64,000 nt of DNA from Octopus bimaculoides (lineage: Eukaryota): NCBI RefSeq assembly GCF_001194135.2, contig NC_068993.1, positions 64,806,716 through 64,870,715 on the forward strand, in the 5' to 3' direction. Both the position numbers and the translations under genes were made by a program. This document shows, one piece after another, positions 15,041-28,900 of the stretch. The notes below the pieces were generated by a model. That model had not been told where the DNA came from. It worked only from the letters and a program-made list of their open reading frames with translations, and did no database searches. Each line of letters starts with the position of its first letter. Position 1 is the first letter of the stretch.

Positions 15041-15521
15041 TATATAGTTTATATCCAGCTAAAAGAAAGATAAGGAAGTTAACAATTATTTATTATTAAC
15101 GAATTGGTCATTTCCGCTTCTTATAGCCGTTTCAATTAATACTCAATAATTTAATTACAAATTTCTACATTAAATTTGCATCTATGTGACATGAGTATAA
15201 TCTAATCAGAGGGGGAAAAAAGATGACGTACCTGAGAAGGTTATATCTGGAGCTGTCAATTCATTTCAGCAGAAATGGTCTGCTGAAATGAATTGTCAGG
15301 TCCACATATAACATCCTAAGGTACATCTTTTTTTTTTCCTCTGATGAAATTATACTCATGTCACATAAATGCAAATTTAATGTAATTTACTTTGTAATTA
15401 AATTATTGAGTATTAATTGAAACGGCTATAAGAAGCGAAAATGACCAATTCGTTAATAATAAATAATTGTTAACTTCCTTATTCTTTTCTTTTCTTCTTT
15501 TAACTGGATACAAACTATATA
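15041..15521. repeat. Foldback palindrome (about 235-bp arms, 5-nt loop)
   Basis: Centre attcatttcagcaga-AATGG-tctgctgaaatgaat; arms are complementary out to tatatagttt..atccag.taaaaga / tcttttaactggatacaaactatata; TA at both ends. Confidence 0.9.
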
Positions 15522-16205
15522 TATANNNNNNNNNNNNNNNNNNNNNNNNNNNNNNNNNNNNNNNNNNATATATATATATATACATACATACACCAATCTC
15601 CCTTTCTCAGCTCTTTAGTGGCCCCATCCCCAACTATTAACATCTGTTATCAAACCCAATAATAATGACCACACTTCAAAATACTATCCATCCTACCCCT
15701 TCTCACTCATCTTCCGACTCTCCAATTCTACTTCTTCTCTCAATTCACTGATCACTCATCCCTCTCTTTTCTTCCTCTGACTATCTCTTCTTGTCATTCC
15801 TTGCTTCAACACCACCCACAACTACATCCAGCCGCCTAATTCCTTCCTCCACTTACTTCTGTTGGCCTTCCTCTTCACTCTTTCTACCTTTAAATTTCTC
15901 TGCAGTATGATTTGAACGTTTGATATCCCTCTACCTTGAAAACGGAGGTCGGACTTACTTAATGTTTATATGCTTCCACTACTGGCTACATGTCTTTCCC
16001 TTTATGCAAACTACATCTACCAACATTATGAGGTAATTCTGAGCCCTCAGAAACAGCTCTTGAACCTCTGATACTTTACCTTCTCCCCTTAATTTTATAC
16101 ATGAAACTTCGTCGCCTGAATACTTTCAATCTTTGTTTTCTCTCCATTTACATGTATATATATGTTTGTATGTTTCGTATATCTAGCGCCAAGTGTTTTC
16201 TATAT

Positions 16206-16426
16206 TGGTTTCAAATTTTGGCACAAGGCTAGCAATTCTGAGGGAGCGAGTTAGTCGATTACGTTGACGGTAGGGCTCAGCTCGTACTTATTTTATCGAC
16301 CGCGAAAGGATGAAAGGCGAAGTAGACCTCGGTGGAGAATCTGGACTCAGAATATGAAAACGGATGAAATACCGCAAAGCCTTTTGCCTGGCGTGTTAAT
16401 GATTTTACCACTTCGCCACCTTAAAG
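16206..16426 (-). mobile_element. SINE family A copy
   Basis: Reverse complement of the family A consensus (ggcacaaggc...gtacttattttatcgacc.cgaaaggatgaaaggc.aagt.gacctcgg). Confidence 0.8.
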
Positions 16427-16797
16427 TATTTTCTATATTGAGCATCTCTGGATCTCATCTGCTGATGATATATATCTCTCTATATATATATGAAAATTTG
16501 CATCACCACCTTCTTATATGGCTATCCATATAGTTTCTGTTATCATCATCACCATCGAAATATACAAATCTGTTGATATGGACAGAATATTTAAGAAGTG
16601 TAATTTCAGTTGACATTCAGGACGTTTTGCGGTTTTAAAAGAGAGAATGACAGAGTGGAACAGAGTAAGAAAGAGGACAGGAGTGTGATATGTATTCGTT
16701 TAATCCGTTATTCCATTATCTTTCATTAGCGTTCGATACATGTCGATCCCTTAACAAAGGATTTCTGTTATTCATTTCACTTTTGCTTTCATTGCAG

Positions 16798-16922
16798 CAT
16801 GCGATCTTGTTCTTGGCTTCTTACGACATCTAAGAACCAAGTAATTCGACTAGAAATCATGTACGCCGATTTTCCACAAGAAACTCAATGCATGTCAAAC
16901 GCATATTTGGCAGTTTATGATG
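16798..16922 (+). CDS. CUB gene exon B1
   Basis: ttcattgcag|C acceptor; GATG|gtaagt donor; 125 nt, phase 2-1. Translates MRSCSWLLTTSKNQVIRLEIMYADFPQETQCMSNAYLAVYD(G). Confidence 0.9.
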
Positions 16923-18399
16923 GTAAGTACTTTTAGTTTTCAATAATATTGTACAAAAAGTGAAACCATTTCTGCACTCATGGAGATGAAGTTAAGCATT
17001 TCATACTTTTGGAGTTGATAAAGAATACATCAGTTAAGTATTGAAGTTGATTTGGCTGTTAAAGATCTCCAAATCTTTGGTCCGGTACCCATCTTACAAA
17101 TTCTTATGACACCTGGTAACGCAGGTGCCATAGATATCAAAACTGGTTGCTTGTGTAGCTTTTAAGTAACTGATAATAGGCTGTATGATGCGACTACAAA
17201 TATCTTGATCCCTCACTGATACAGTAATGGGTTTACTGTTTGTTGTTCTTTAGTTGCTGGTCTACGCTTACTGAGTAGACTTGACCAAAAACAATCTTTC
17301 CGCACAGCATTCCAGACTGGAACCATAGTTGTTATTTTATTTTTGTAATTACTTATCTGAGGTGGAAGGACAGCTCTTGTTAGTCTTTTCAGAGGAAAAT
17401 GTCTTTTGAGGAAAGTATCTTTTTAAGAACTCTACCTGATGTGTAAGCAACAGAAGGAACTCCGCTATATGTACCTAGTCAAATGGTGATATTGAATCTA
17501 GTCGCAGCAAGAAATGCTTTTAATATGTTTTCTATGAGTAGTTTTAGTGCCATATTGAACTGGGGTCAGTTTTCCAACAGACGTTCCATGTAATGGTGAC
17601 AAGAAGTAAACACTTTTGTAGAAGACGAAATGAAACAGATAAGGACCATATCTGCGTTGTTGATTATGCCATCAGTGCGGTTGTTTAGGTATCGATTATT
17701 ATTTTTGTTTGTGCAAACCGATAATAAAAAATATCCCAACTGTGACAATCCCAGCATTTTAGAGTTATCTAAGACTATATTGTTTCAAATATTTTTCTGT
17801 ATTTAAAATAGGTGTTGTTTGGAGTAAATTTGGCTGCTATTTATTCACAATATGTCAACACAGGCTATGAAATTCCGATATCGAATCTCCTATTTCTTCA
17901 TTATTTTCGACAAAATCATAAATGTACTGAGAACTTGGAGTGCACGTTAAACCGCAGCAATAATTATGTTTCTCGTCAATAAGTTAATATTCTCTTTTCC
18001 TCACCGCATACTTATGACTAATTATGCTTTTAATCTAATTTTCTTTTTTAATGAACTGAGCATCACTTTATTAAAAAAAGTTAATTCTAATTGTATTTTA
18101 CATGCGGATGGCTCCTCTCTATAATTAGCATTTGTAATTAATCTTTTTCAATATACATCTAAAGAGACACTTAAAATAAAAATCAGTTCTATTGATTTCA
18201 AATGTTTACGCGTAGACAAGATCACATAATTCACCGTTTAGATTTTAAACTTTACAAAATAATGAAATAAATCTTCCTCCTCTAAAAATGAAGCAATCTA
18301 CTCACAAATTTGCCATAAGTTTCGTACTTTTGCACTCGGAAACCCCGTTCTAATTCACTGTGCCACCAATTAAATTTTTTTATTTGTTTAAGACTATAA

Positions 18400-18600
18400 G
18401 GAAGCAAGCTGACAGTATCGTTACCGCGCCGGAAAAATTGTTTAGCGGCATTTCTCCCGACTTTACGTTCTGAGATCAAATAGCACCGAGGTCGACTTTC
18501 CCTTTCATTCTTTGAGGATCGTAAAATAAGTACCAGTTTAACACTGGGGGTCGATGTAATCAATTTATCCATCTTCTAAAATTGCTGGCTTTGCTTACAA
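18400..18600 (+). mobile_element. SINE family A copy
   Basis: ctttacgttctgagatcaaatagcaccgaggtcgactttccctttcattc..aaataagtaccagtt..actgggggtcgatgtaatc. Confidence 0.75.
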
Positions 18601-18946
18601 CTCTTCCGGGGTCCTTCTCACAAAATGTCTTTTCCTGTTCCGTTGCCGCCATTTCATTACACCTATTCCAATGATTCAAGATACTTTCTTAAATGTTACT
18701 TTATTTCTCGACTTAAAATATCTCCCATGTTAACAAGATCAAGAAATTCATATCGTTAAAGCTGATTCCAGTAGATTTTTTTAAAATTTACATGTATGTG
18801 TATGTGTGTAAACGTGTATTTGTGTGTGAGAGAGAGAGTATGTGTTTGTTAGTATGTGTGTGTGAGTGAGTGAGAGTGTGTGTTAGTAAGCATTCACGTA
18901 CAAATGTGAGGATATATATATGTATGCATATATCTCTATATAAGTG

Positions 18947-18999
<53 letters not shown>

Positions 19000-19177
19000 C
19001 TTAGTTTGTCTCTGCAGTTTTTATTCAAGTATTTTATATATTTTATTGATTATTCTTCGATCCTTGAGTCATCTGGAAAATCGTGTTGCTGCATTCCGTA
19101 TACATTTGTGTGTACATAGGTATGGATGGGTGTCTATATGTGTATATATACTTTTTCCTCTGTACATATGTATATGC

Positions 19178-19224
<47 letters not shown>

Positions 19225-19757
19225 GGTGCACGTATGCATATATGCACAAATATATGAAAATGTATATACATATATACGTAGATCTATGATATATGTATAC
19301 ATACATATTTGTACATGTTTGGTCGCAATACATACTAGTGCAAATACTGGCTTCACGTGCATTCACATACAAACAGACGCACTCACATACAAGACATTGA
19401 TGCACACTTATACACAAGCGATTGTACATAACGCTATTTCAATTTTAGCTGTTGCAAAAAATAAAGCCAAAAGCTCAACAACAAGAAACGAAAGCAATTT
19501 TTGTCATAGATCCATCTTCCATGTTAGAATCTCCCATTTACTATTTCTTTATATTTTAAAGGATTTCTTCTTTAGTATAATTCTTCAACCATTTTTCTAC
19601 TTTTATTCCATTAGAGCTCTTTCATCTTATATTCGGAAATGTTGTTTTATCTTGCTACTACTACTGCTGCTGCTCTTATGTTGTTTTTTTTTTATTTTTT
19701 TATTTTTTAACCCCATTCATTTTTGATTGACTGATATAGATAAGTATTTATATATAA

Positions 19758-19805
<48 letters not shown>

Positions 19806-19864
19806 TTGTTTTCACTTTTATATATATATAAGTATATATATATATAAGTATATACATATAAGTG

Positions 19865-19901
<37 letters not shown>

Positions 19902-20134
19902 CCACATACATGTGTGTGTGTGTGCGTATGCTCATATATATATAATGTGTGTATATTTTAGACTGTGTGTGTATATGTGTTATTTACAATGCAAAAGAAA
20001 CTTTATCCCAGCCATTAAGGATCTATTGTCACTTAAACAAACGATAAATATAGTTTTAGAGAAAGTTTAGGGGAAAAAAGGAGTAAAAAAGGCTTTAGAA
20101 GAAAGAATGTTAGAAATTTAAGCAAGGTCCTGTT

Positions 20135-20191
<57 letters not shown>

Positions 20192-20939
20192 ACAACTATT
20201 AGAGAACGGGAATAATCAGCAAAATTGAAATCTGTGTATGAAATGAGAAAATAAACTTTTAGTCAGATTCCCTGACAAATGCGAAAAATGAAAGGCTGAG
20301 TGGTGAGGCTTTTAGTGAAAATCTTCAAATGACGAAACCCAACTAAATGACTGACTGCCATATCTTTTCATCATACTTTTGGAAAGATAATTTGCTTTCA
20401 TGCTCCGTTGTTGCACTATTTATTTTTAATTATAACATACTCCTTTGATATATATGTATCTGTGTGTGTGTGCGTGCGNNNNNNNNNNNNNNNNNNNNNN
20501 NNNNNNNNNNNNNNNNNNNNNNNNNNNNNNNNNNNNNNNNNNNNNNNNNNNNNNNNNNNNNNNNNNNNNNNNNNNNNNNNNNNNNNNNNNNNNNNNNNNN
20601 NNNNNNNNNNNNNNNNNNNNNNNNNNNNNNNNNNNNNTACACACATACACATACACAGCTATCTCTCCTTCTTTGTCTTTGTCTCTCACATACGTACACA
20701 TACATACATACATACATACATACATACATACATACATACATACATACATACATACATACATACATACATACATACATACATGCATACATGCATACAAACA
20801 AACAAGCACAGTGGTTGTTTCAGAAAAATTGGTATCATATTCTAATCTAATATATTTGCCAACTAAGTGTGGCGGTCCTATAGAGGACTATGTTACTGTT
20901 GTTTTTAGCCCCAGGAAGATATCTCCTCCAGCTGGCCAA

Positions 20940-21370
20940 TGACATATAGTCTGTGTCCGTTTAGTATTTGCGAATTGTTAATGCCACAACTTTTAAAAGA
21001 ATGAGAATTCCTGGGATGCAGTGAAAGCTGCATTCCAAGAATCTTTCATCCCCTGACAAACTTGAGCTCTTATAGACTTCTTCATCCGACCTGTTACTGT
21101 TATCTCATGTGGGAGTATCATCCATGCGTTCTATTCCTCACGCATATAGTCCTTGAAGGGTTTGTATACTGATATATCCAGAGGTTGTAGTTGACCTGTT
21201 AATCCTCCATGTATTACAGCCAGTTGAGTATTCTATCCAATTTTCGTTACATGAGCCAGAACTGATCCGACACAAGAAGCAATGGCTTGTTTGAGAAACC
21301 CGCCGGGATACCATGACCACACTTTTTGTTACCTGTTTTTAGCAAGTCGATCAACCACGTAACAGTTCTT
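20940..21370 (-). mobile_element. pogo/Tigger-type DDE_1 transposase remnant
   Basis: Minus strand reads NTQLAVIHGGLTGQLQPLDISVYKPFKDYMREE*, matching the pogo VIPGGLT..LQPLDV.VNKPFK motif; stops and frameshifts present. Confidence 0.85.
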
Positions 21371-21380
21371 CAACTCGTTC

Positions 21381-21421
<41 letters not shown>

Positions 21422-21692
21422 CTTATTGATATGAATGAGGTATTTATGCACCTCATTGTCTCTAAGTGTCTTAACGACAATATATACATACCTATTTACA
21501 TCTGATTATGAAAGTATATTCAATAGTATTTGCTTCTTCTACATTTTGATTTATTACTATATATTGATCTCTGTGTCTAACAACATACACGTTTACTCAC
21601 TTATTCATTTACTTACATATCTGCTTGCATATCTCTCTCCTCTCTCTCCATCTAACTATCGTTTATAACTTCATCTGTCTCTATACTTTCAG

Positions 21693-21842
21693 GTAACAGC
21701 CGAAGAGACGGTCTTTTAGGAGTCGTCTGCGGGAACGAACCGAAAACTTACATATCGACAGGACAGCAAATCATGGTTTTACTAAAGGGACATACAAACT
21801 TAACTGGTCGATTTCTTGCAGCTTATTATTCTGAGAGAAAAG
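21693..21842 (+). CDS. CUB gene exon C1 (ends at a GC donor)
   Basis: atactttcag|GT acceptor; ends AAAG|gcaagt; 150 nt, same length as C2. Translates (G)NSRRDGLLGVVCGNEPKTYISTGQQIMVLLKGHTNLTGRFLAAYYSERK. Confidence 0.86.
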
Positions 21843-22955
21843 GCAAGTGCTTACACCTCAAACCCCTGATGTCATTTTTTCAATTTCGACGTTCTAATGC
21901 ACATCATTGATCAGAATCTAGAAATAATTGAGAACTAAAATCGTCACACTTTTCTTTTGTCCTTTCTCTCTATATTTTTTGGTATCATTTACGGCCAGGT
22001 AGGTAGTGCACGGTACTGACAATTTCATCATACTGCACCAAACTCACCATACTACAAATAGCAAATAACTGTTCAATGCAACAAACCACACAGCAGTACA
22101 ACAAACCACACCAGACTACAACATAGGAAACGTTTCTACAGTTGTCACCCCACCTCAAACCAACACACATGACGCAGCTAAGAGAGACCTGTACCTGGTT
22201 TGTACATGAACTTCCAACAGTCAAATCTCTTACAAATCACGTTCTATTATCGTTTAAGAAAATAGAATGTGAAACTATCTAATGTAATCTCAAAACGTTG
22301 GAGTTGTCACGGTTGGCAAGCTTTTGATTACTTTATCTTGCGTATTAGCATAAACCTCAGCAACCTGTTGACTGATTTGTCACATCAAAGAACATCAATG
22401 AATGCTGTCACTTCGAAAACCAACAATTGAAAAGTATACCAGCACAAACACTAACCTACTTACACCTCCCTAATTCATCCCCACACCAGCAATAAGTGTC
22501 ATTCTTAAACCTTTACTGTTTTATTCCCAACTCGAGATTATCTTTACTTTATTATATCCGTTAATCTCAGACTAAAACTCATTTTCATTCAGTCAAAATT
22601 TTAAATTCTTATTCTTATAGTGCGAGATATTTTCCCCTAAGAATTCAAACTTTTAACAATATAATTATATGATATCTAATATCGAATGTAACTCTCTGAT
22701 CGTTAAGTAACCTCTGATTGCGAAAACTATTCTTTACTAAACACCAATTAATTCATTACAGTCGTACAGTTCCCTCCTCGTTATAATTCTTTCAAGATCC
22801 TCAAATCTTCAAAAAAGTTTCTCGTTCTCTATTTTAACCAGCGCAAGGGAAGTAATTCACATTAAAATATTCCTAAACAGTAAGAAATTAGTTGTTACAA
22901 GAATTTTCACTGAATTTCACATCACCATACGTTTGGCAGACAATTATAATTTTTG

Positions 22956-23018
<63 letters not shown>

Positions 23019-23165
23019 CTGTGTGTGTGTGTCCAACTTTATTCGTTAACATAAATATTTATTCTTATACGTAACTATATACATGTCATATATAACATAT
23101 GTTATGTGCATACATTATGTACACATATGCATACACCCGAACTCCTATACTCACGCACATACACT

Positions 23166-23204
<39 letters not shown>

Positions 23205-23277
23205 ATAACGTGTGAAACAATGTTTCCCACTTTTGTTCTAGTACGTAATGTTTTACCTTGGTAAGTCGTCGAGTTTA

Positions 23278-23316
<39 letters not shown>

Positions 23317-23743
23317 GTGTGTATATTTTGACAGAAAAACAGGAAAAGAAAACAAAAATAGTAGATTGAAGCATATTCTAGAAACTTTAATGAATTTGTT
23401 TTTGCTTGTGGAACTCAGTTGTTGTCCATGTGAAATGAGTTGTTAGTGAATTGCTGAGGAGAGAAAGCTTGAGGCATGTCGAGGCTGTTAATCTGTGTAG
23501 CGTAGCTATTACAAAAGGGAAACTAATCATCACCAGTGGTAATGATATATTATGCCGAAGGCTATCATATTTATATTTGTACGAATGAGGGGATAGTGTG
23601 CATGAATATACCTAAAATACGTGTCCCAGTCTACTTCTGTGTGTGTGAGTGTGTGAGAGAGAGAGAGAGAGAGAGAGCAAATATGAACGTATGTCTTGCA
23701 TTTATGCGTGTGGGTGGGGGTGTATAATCACATACGTGCATGC

Positions 23744-23777
<34 letters not shown>

Positions 23778-24529
23778 GCACAGAAACCTAGATTCGTATT
23801 TGTGTGTGGTTGCAGAGGAAATTGCTCTATACATCAATTGTTTTCCATTTGTTTTTGTTTCCTCTGTATATTCCCTGGAGATGCTTCAGCGATCTTCCAG
23901 CTACAACTGTAATTACGGCTTTCTTTTCAGCTGTGTAACACATGCGTTCACTCGCACATGTATTATACATTCATATATAAGATACATGCATATATATATA
24001 TATATATATNNNNNNNNNNNNNNNNNNNNNNNNNNNNNNNNNNNNNNNNNNNNNNNNNNNNNNNNNNNNNNNNNNNNNNNNNNNNNNNNNNNNNNNNNNN
24101 NNNNNNNNNTATGTATATATATATATATATGTATGTATGTATATATATATATGTGTGTGCGCGCGTGTATGTGTAGAGAGAGAGATGCATGCATATATAT
24201 ATAAATACTTACAAACACATGTTCATATATAGATATGTGTGTGTGTGCGTACCAGCATACACACCCATGCACACGCATACACATATATTATAGGCGCCTT
24301 AGCGATTCTGCTTTTTTTATAATTTTTTTTAATTTCTATATATTTCAACCGACTGTTGATGTGTGAAGCGAGTTTAAATAAACACAGTGGACAGGAAAAT
24401 AAGGATCAGATGAATCAAATTTATTTTATTTTTAAGGACTTCATTAAATCAGATTGGCTGATTTTCATAACTGTTGCATGCTTAGCTGTTATTTCGTTTA
24501 ATAAATATTTGTCATGTTTTGGGGACAAT

Positions 24530-24750
24530 ATTCTTTTCTGCTCTAGGCACAAGGCCCTAAAATTTGGGGGAGCGGGGGCAGTCGATTAGATTGACCCAAA
24601 TACGTAACTGGTACTTAATTTATCGACGTCCGAATTGATGAAAGGCAAAGTCGACCTCGGCAGAATTTGAACTCAGAACGTAACGGCAGACGAAATACCG
24701 CTAAGCATTTCGGCCGGCATGCTAACGTTTCTGCCATTTCGCCGCCCTTG
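24530..24750 (-). mobile_element. SINE family A copy (near full length)
   Basis: ctctaggcacaaggccc.aaattt...gtcgattagattgacc...ggtacttaatttatcgac..gatgaaaggcaaagtcgacctcggcagaatttgaactcagaacgtaa..cagacgaaataccgctaagcatttcg. Confidence 0.85.
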
Positions 24751-24981
24751 AATGATGTATTGCCAGTGAAAAATTGCTGCTAAAATCCATTTGATTACGA
24801 AATGGTCAATCTAAGTGAAAATAGTTATGCAGTTTTTTTAACTTCCACATGCTTTTAGATTTGATCCTATGTGTAATACTTTAGATATTTTTCCAACATA
24901 GTCTTGGCTTGCGAATAAAATTTGTATGGGCATGTACGGATACAGTCACAATATTTAAAGAAAGATGTTTTAAAAAGTTAT

Positions 24982-25375
24982 GGTGCGGGAGTGGCTGTGT
25001 GGTAGGTAAGGAGCTTGCTTACCAACCACATGTTTCCGGGTTCGGTCCCACTGCATGGCACCTTGGGTAAGTGTCTTCTACTGTAGCCTCGGGCCGACCA
25101 AAGCCGTGTGAGTGAAATTGGTAGACGGAAATTGAAAGAAGCCTGTAGTATATANNNNNNNNNNTATATATGTGTGTGTGTGTGTGTGTGTCACCACTAT
25201 CGTTTGACAACCGATGTTGGTGTGTTTACGTCCTCGTATCTTAGCGGTTGGCCAAAAGATACCGATAGAATAAGTACTAGGCTTACAAAGAATAAGTCCC
25301 GGGATCGATTTGTTCGACTAAAGACGGTGCTCCAGCACGGTGGCAGTCAAGATGACTGAGACGAATAAAAGAATA
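24982..25375 (+). mobile_element. SINE family B (tRNA head plus CORE-like domain, internal microsatellite)
   Basis: A-box-like gtggctgtgtggta, B-box-like gggttcggtccc, CORE-like gcaccttgggtaagtgtcttctact, then (TA)/(TG)n and a conserved 3' tail. Confidence 0.8.
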
Positions 25376-25444
25376 TTTAAAAAGACTTATCTGGAGTACA
25401 GAATGTCACCTATCTTTAGAGAGTCACTTTTCGTATAGAATGTA

Positions 25445-25975
25445 AGCATTTTCATTGGTAGCTTTTCAGACACACGTGTTCTGGGCTAATGCGTATAGAA
25501 GTAGTTTTTAGTAATAGCTTTGACAACTTCCAATGCTCTTCTTTCGTTTTTCGTAGTTGACCGTTTTCTTTTATTTTGTAAAAAGGGGATATTTTAAATT
25601 TTCCATTTGCACAAATATTTCGATTTTTGCAACATGGAACATTTGTAAGAACAGAATCTTTAATCCGCTGTTTGTGCACGTTCACATAGCTGCTTAGATT
25701 CATTCCTGTTTCTCCAATATAATTTTTATTGCATTGTGAGTATGTGATGCAGTAGAAGAGAGTTTTTGCTTTGCAATTTATGTTTGCATTCACTTTAATT
25801 CCTTCTCATTTTTCAATCTTGTGGTTGTTCCTTGCCCAACTATTTCACGTGTCTCATAACGAAGATCTCCACAATTTGTGGCCTGCATTATTTGATGTGA
25901 GTCTTACCTCTGCTATTAGTCTCTTGAGATTTGGTGGTTTGTTTTCGGTTGTTGATGATTTGTGATGTTTTAATT
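25445..25975 (-). mobile_element. Penelope-like element fragment (GIY-YIG endonuclease)
   Basis: NCKAKTLFYCITYSQCNKNYIGETG..LSSYVNVHKQRI...KFKISPFYKI, preceded by RKQPPNLKRLI; typical of the Penelope C-terminus. Confidence 0.85.
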
Positions 25976-25981
25976 ATTTGA

Positions 25982-26107
25982 CAGACCACATGATTCCGAG
26001 TTCAGTCCCACTGCGTGGCACCTTGGACAAATTTCTTCTACATTAGCCTCGGGTCATTCAAAGCCTTGAGAATGAATTTCGTAGACGGAAACTGAAAGAA
26101 GCCTATT

Positions 26108-26143
<36 letters not shown>

Positions 26144-26340
26144 ATTCGTGCGTGAGCGTATGTGTGTGTCTCTTTATATTTGTGTTTGTCCCCACTATCA
26201 TTTGACAACCGGTGTTGATTAGTTTACGTACTCGTAACTTAACGGTTCGGCGAAGAAACGGATAAAATAAGTATCAGGTTTTAAAAAATATGTTCTGCCG
26301 TCGATTCATTCAACTGTAAAAAACCTTTACGGCGGTGACA
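25982..26340 (+). mobile_element. SINE family B copy (5' truncated)
   Basis: gagttcagtcccactgcgtggcaccttggacaa..tcttcta..tagcctcggg..aaagccttg..gtagacggaaactgaaagaagcc, then (TG)n and the tail. Confidence 0.8.
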
Positions 26341-27309
26341 CACACATGTATGTATGTATGTATGTATGTATGTATGGTTGATCTCCGTCGCACCACAATC
26401 TTTATCCAGTTTATCAACAAACTGAACAACTAGTTTCAGAACTAACGTATAATTGATGAGGTGCTCCAGAAACATATTCGCCCTTAAAGTAATTCTCAAC
26501 CAGAATAAGCAAAACACCGTCTGTAACGAGATTTTATTTGTTACAATCCACCTTTCTGGCTTCTCTACAATTTCCGTCACCCCCAGTTTCACTCACAATG
26601 CACGGTTCAAATTGAAGCTAGAGAAAACGACAATTACTCTAGATGTCACATGACCGAAACTGAACCTCATAAATGCTAAACGAACTTTTTGATTATTCAA
26701 CTATGCTTCGATTGCATTATGTACACACATGTGGCTAGATATATATTTATAGGTGTGTGTATATATGTATGCGTATATATATTTCTTTTCTCTATAACTG
26801 ATTGTCCTACTCCCGTACCACACACGTCTCTCCTTTCATTATACACTGTCTCCTCGATTTTTTTTTTAACTACATTCTTCGGTTCTAAACTCCATCTTAT
26901 GTTCAGTTTAAATTCTTGTCTTTCTATTTCCTCCTTTCTCAATTCTGCTTCTCTCATCCACTCTTCCAACTCACTAACTAATACTTATGAGTTCTAAAAA
27001 CTTAACAGCAGCGCATTATTTATCATACAATCTTTTCATTTCTCTTTCTTTTGTTTCCATATATCGTCTGCTTGTCTCATTTGGAAATTGTTCACATATC
27101 CGTATATTAAATCATGCATACAATAGTTATGAGATATTTACTCATTTTCACACACCAAACTTACAAGTCTTAGTGGATGTTCTCACTTTACTTCACTTAT
27201 TTCTATATATCTTACTTTGTGCTTCCTGTTATCTTTTTCCCCTTTCTCTCTGTCTCGCACTCTTCTATATCTCCTTGTATCTCTATTATCTCTATATGAC
27301 TTCCTATTT

Positions 27310-27373
<64 letters not shown>

Positions 27374-28182
27374 CTGTCTGTCTGTGTGTGTGTGTGTGTG
27401 TGTGTGTGCGTATGCATGAAATAAACATTAAATATTTTACAAATACGAACTCGTGATCGAAAACATTTGCATGGTATCCCTTACGGTAGTTGAACAATGC
27501 ATATGTGATAATCTGGACCACGCCAACCATTGCACTGTGCGCCTCCTGTTAAATACTTAATCAATAATGAAAAAAAAAATGAAATGGTTTTCTTACAGCC
27601 AAGTTTGAAATAGCTACTAAATATCAAGGATTCTCATTTGAGAGACGAAATAGGTAAAAATAAACGCAAACTACCTTGCGTTCCAGCACTTAATGCGCAG
27701 TAATCAGAATGGACGAAATGTTCCGGAGGCATAGCAGTATATTCGTCTGGATTACTGCATTTGCCTGGTTCGATTCCCATAAACAGGTCTGAGTATATTC
27801 ATTGTAATTTAGTTCCTGCGTGTAAAGTGTCAAAATTAATTTAACGTTTTATTTTATATTAAAATTCTAAACTGTTTACTTTCTCATCAACAAGTAACTG
27901 TATGTACATATAGGGAGGTGCTCGCGCGAGTAGGTGCAGCTCCATATATGTATGTGGTAGATACACACTGAATTCGCAACCAAGAATCGAAACCTTGATC
28001 TGTATGTTAGTTTCCATTCTTCTCGCAATCTACACCCACACTGTGATAGTGCCACCAGTTAAATTCGCCCCAATCTCAGGAGATAAAGAGCCGAGTTCAG
28101 ATAATTCATCCGATTCATTGTAACTTAATTTAACATTTGATCCAGGTATAAATTCGAGACACCTCTTTCCTTTTCTGATTTT

Positions 28183-28279
<97 letters not shown>

Positions 28280-28329
28280 TCTCTCCCCCCTCTCTCTCTG
28301 TCTTTCTCTTCTTTCACTCACCAACTTTC

Positions 28330-28900
28330 AGACTTCCTATTTTTCCCCTCTACTAACAAACAATTAACTTGTTATCAATGACAAACCTTGCACGAGCGTT
28401 ATACAATTCCTTCCACACAACTTAGTAATAAACCTCCACATCCACAACAGGAGCTTCTCCATTAAAGTGTCTAACTTGCGTTTCCAGCTCGTCGCAGTTG
28501 TGAAACTTCATAACGGTTGAACATAAATCTATGACAATTATGAACTATTTCTCGTATTAATTATTTAAAAGAATACTGAAGAATACCGAACTATGCAACA
28601 CGCAGCCTTCATTCAAACGTAGTCTTCTCAACTCGTTACACGCAGCCTTACCCTAACTTCATACCAATTACAATTATACTATTACATTTGGTGACCTCTA
28701 TGTGTATTTAACTGTTTTGCATGGAATCAGTTACAACTGGTAAACCTAGCGCTTCCAGCATGCTACAATTAGTAACCCCGATGCTTCCTACATGTTGCAT
28801 ATCACTCTACACTCCGACATACCAATCACATTTGGTGACTCTGTGTTTATAATTCAAATTTACTCGGCTCAGCGCATCCAGTATGTGTTTTCTAGGTTGT
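28330..28900 (+). mobile_element. Possible LTR retrotransposon remnant with two LTR-end/PBS-like junctions
   Basis: ACA-TTTGGTGAC occurs twice (about 28684 and 28828), resembling an LTR 3' CA followed by a TGG-initiated primer-binding site. No gag or pol motif recognised. Confidence 0.3.

Noticed and set aside
28030-28190. Minus-strand frame KIRKGKRCLEFIPGSNVKLSY... as a nested antisense exon
   Set aside because: No recognisable domain, no pyrimidine-rich acceptor on that strand, and no partner exons.
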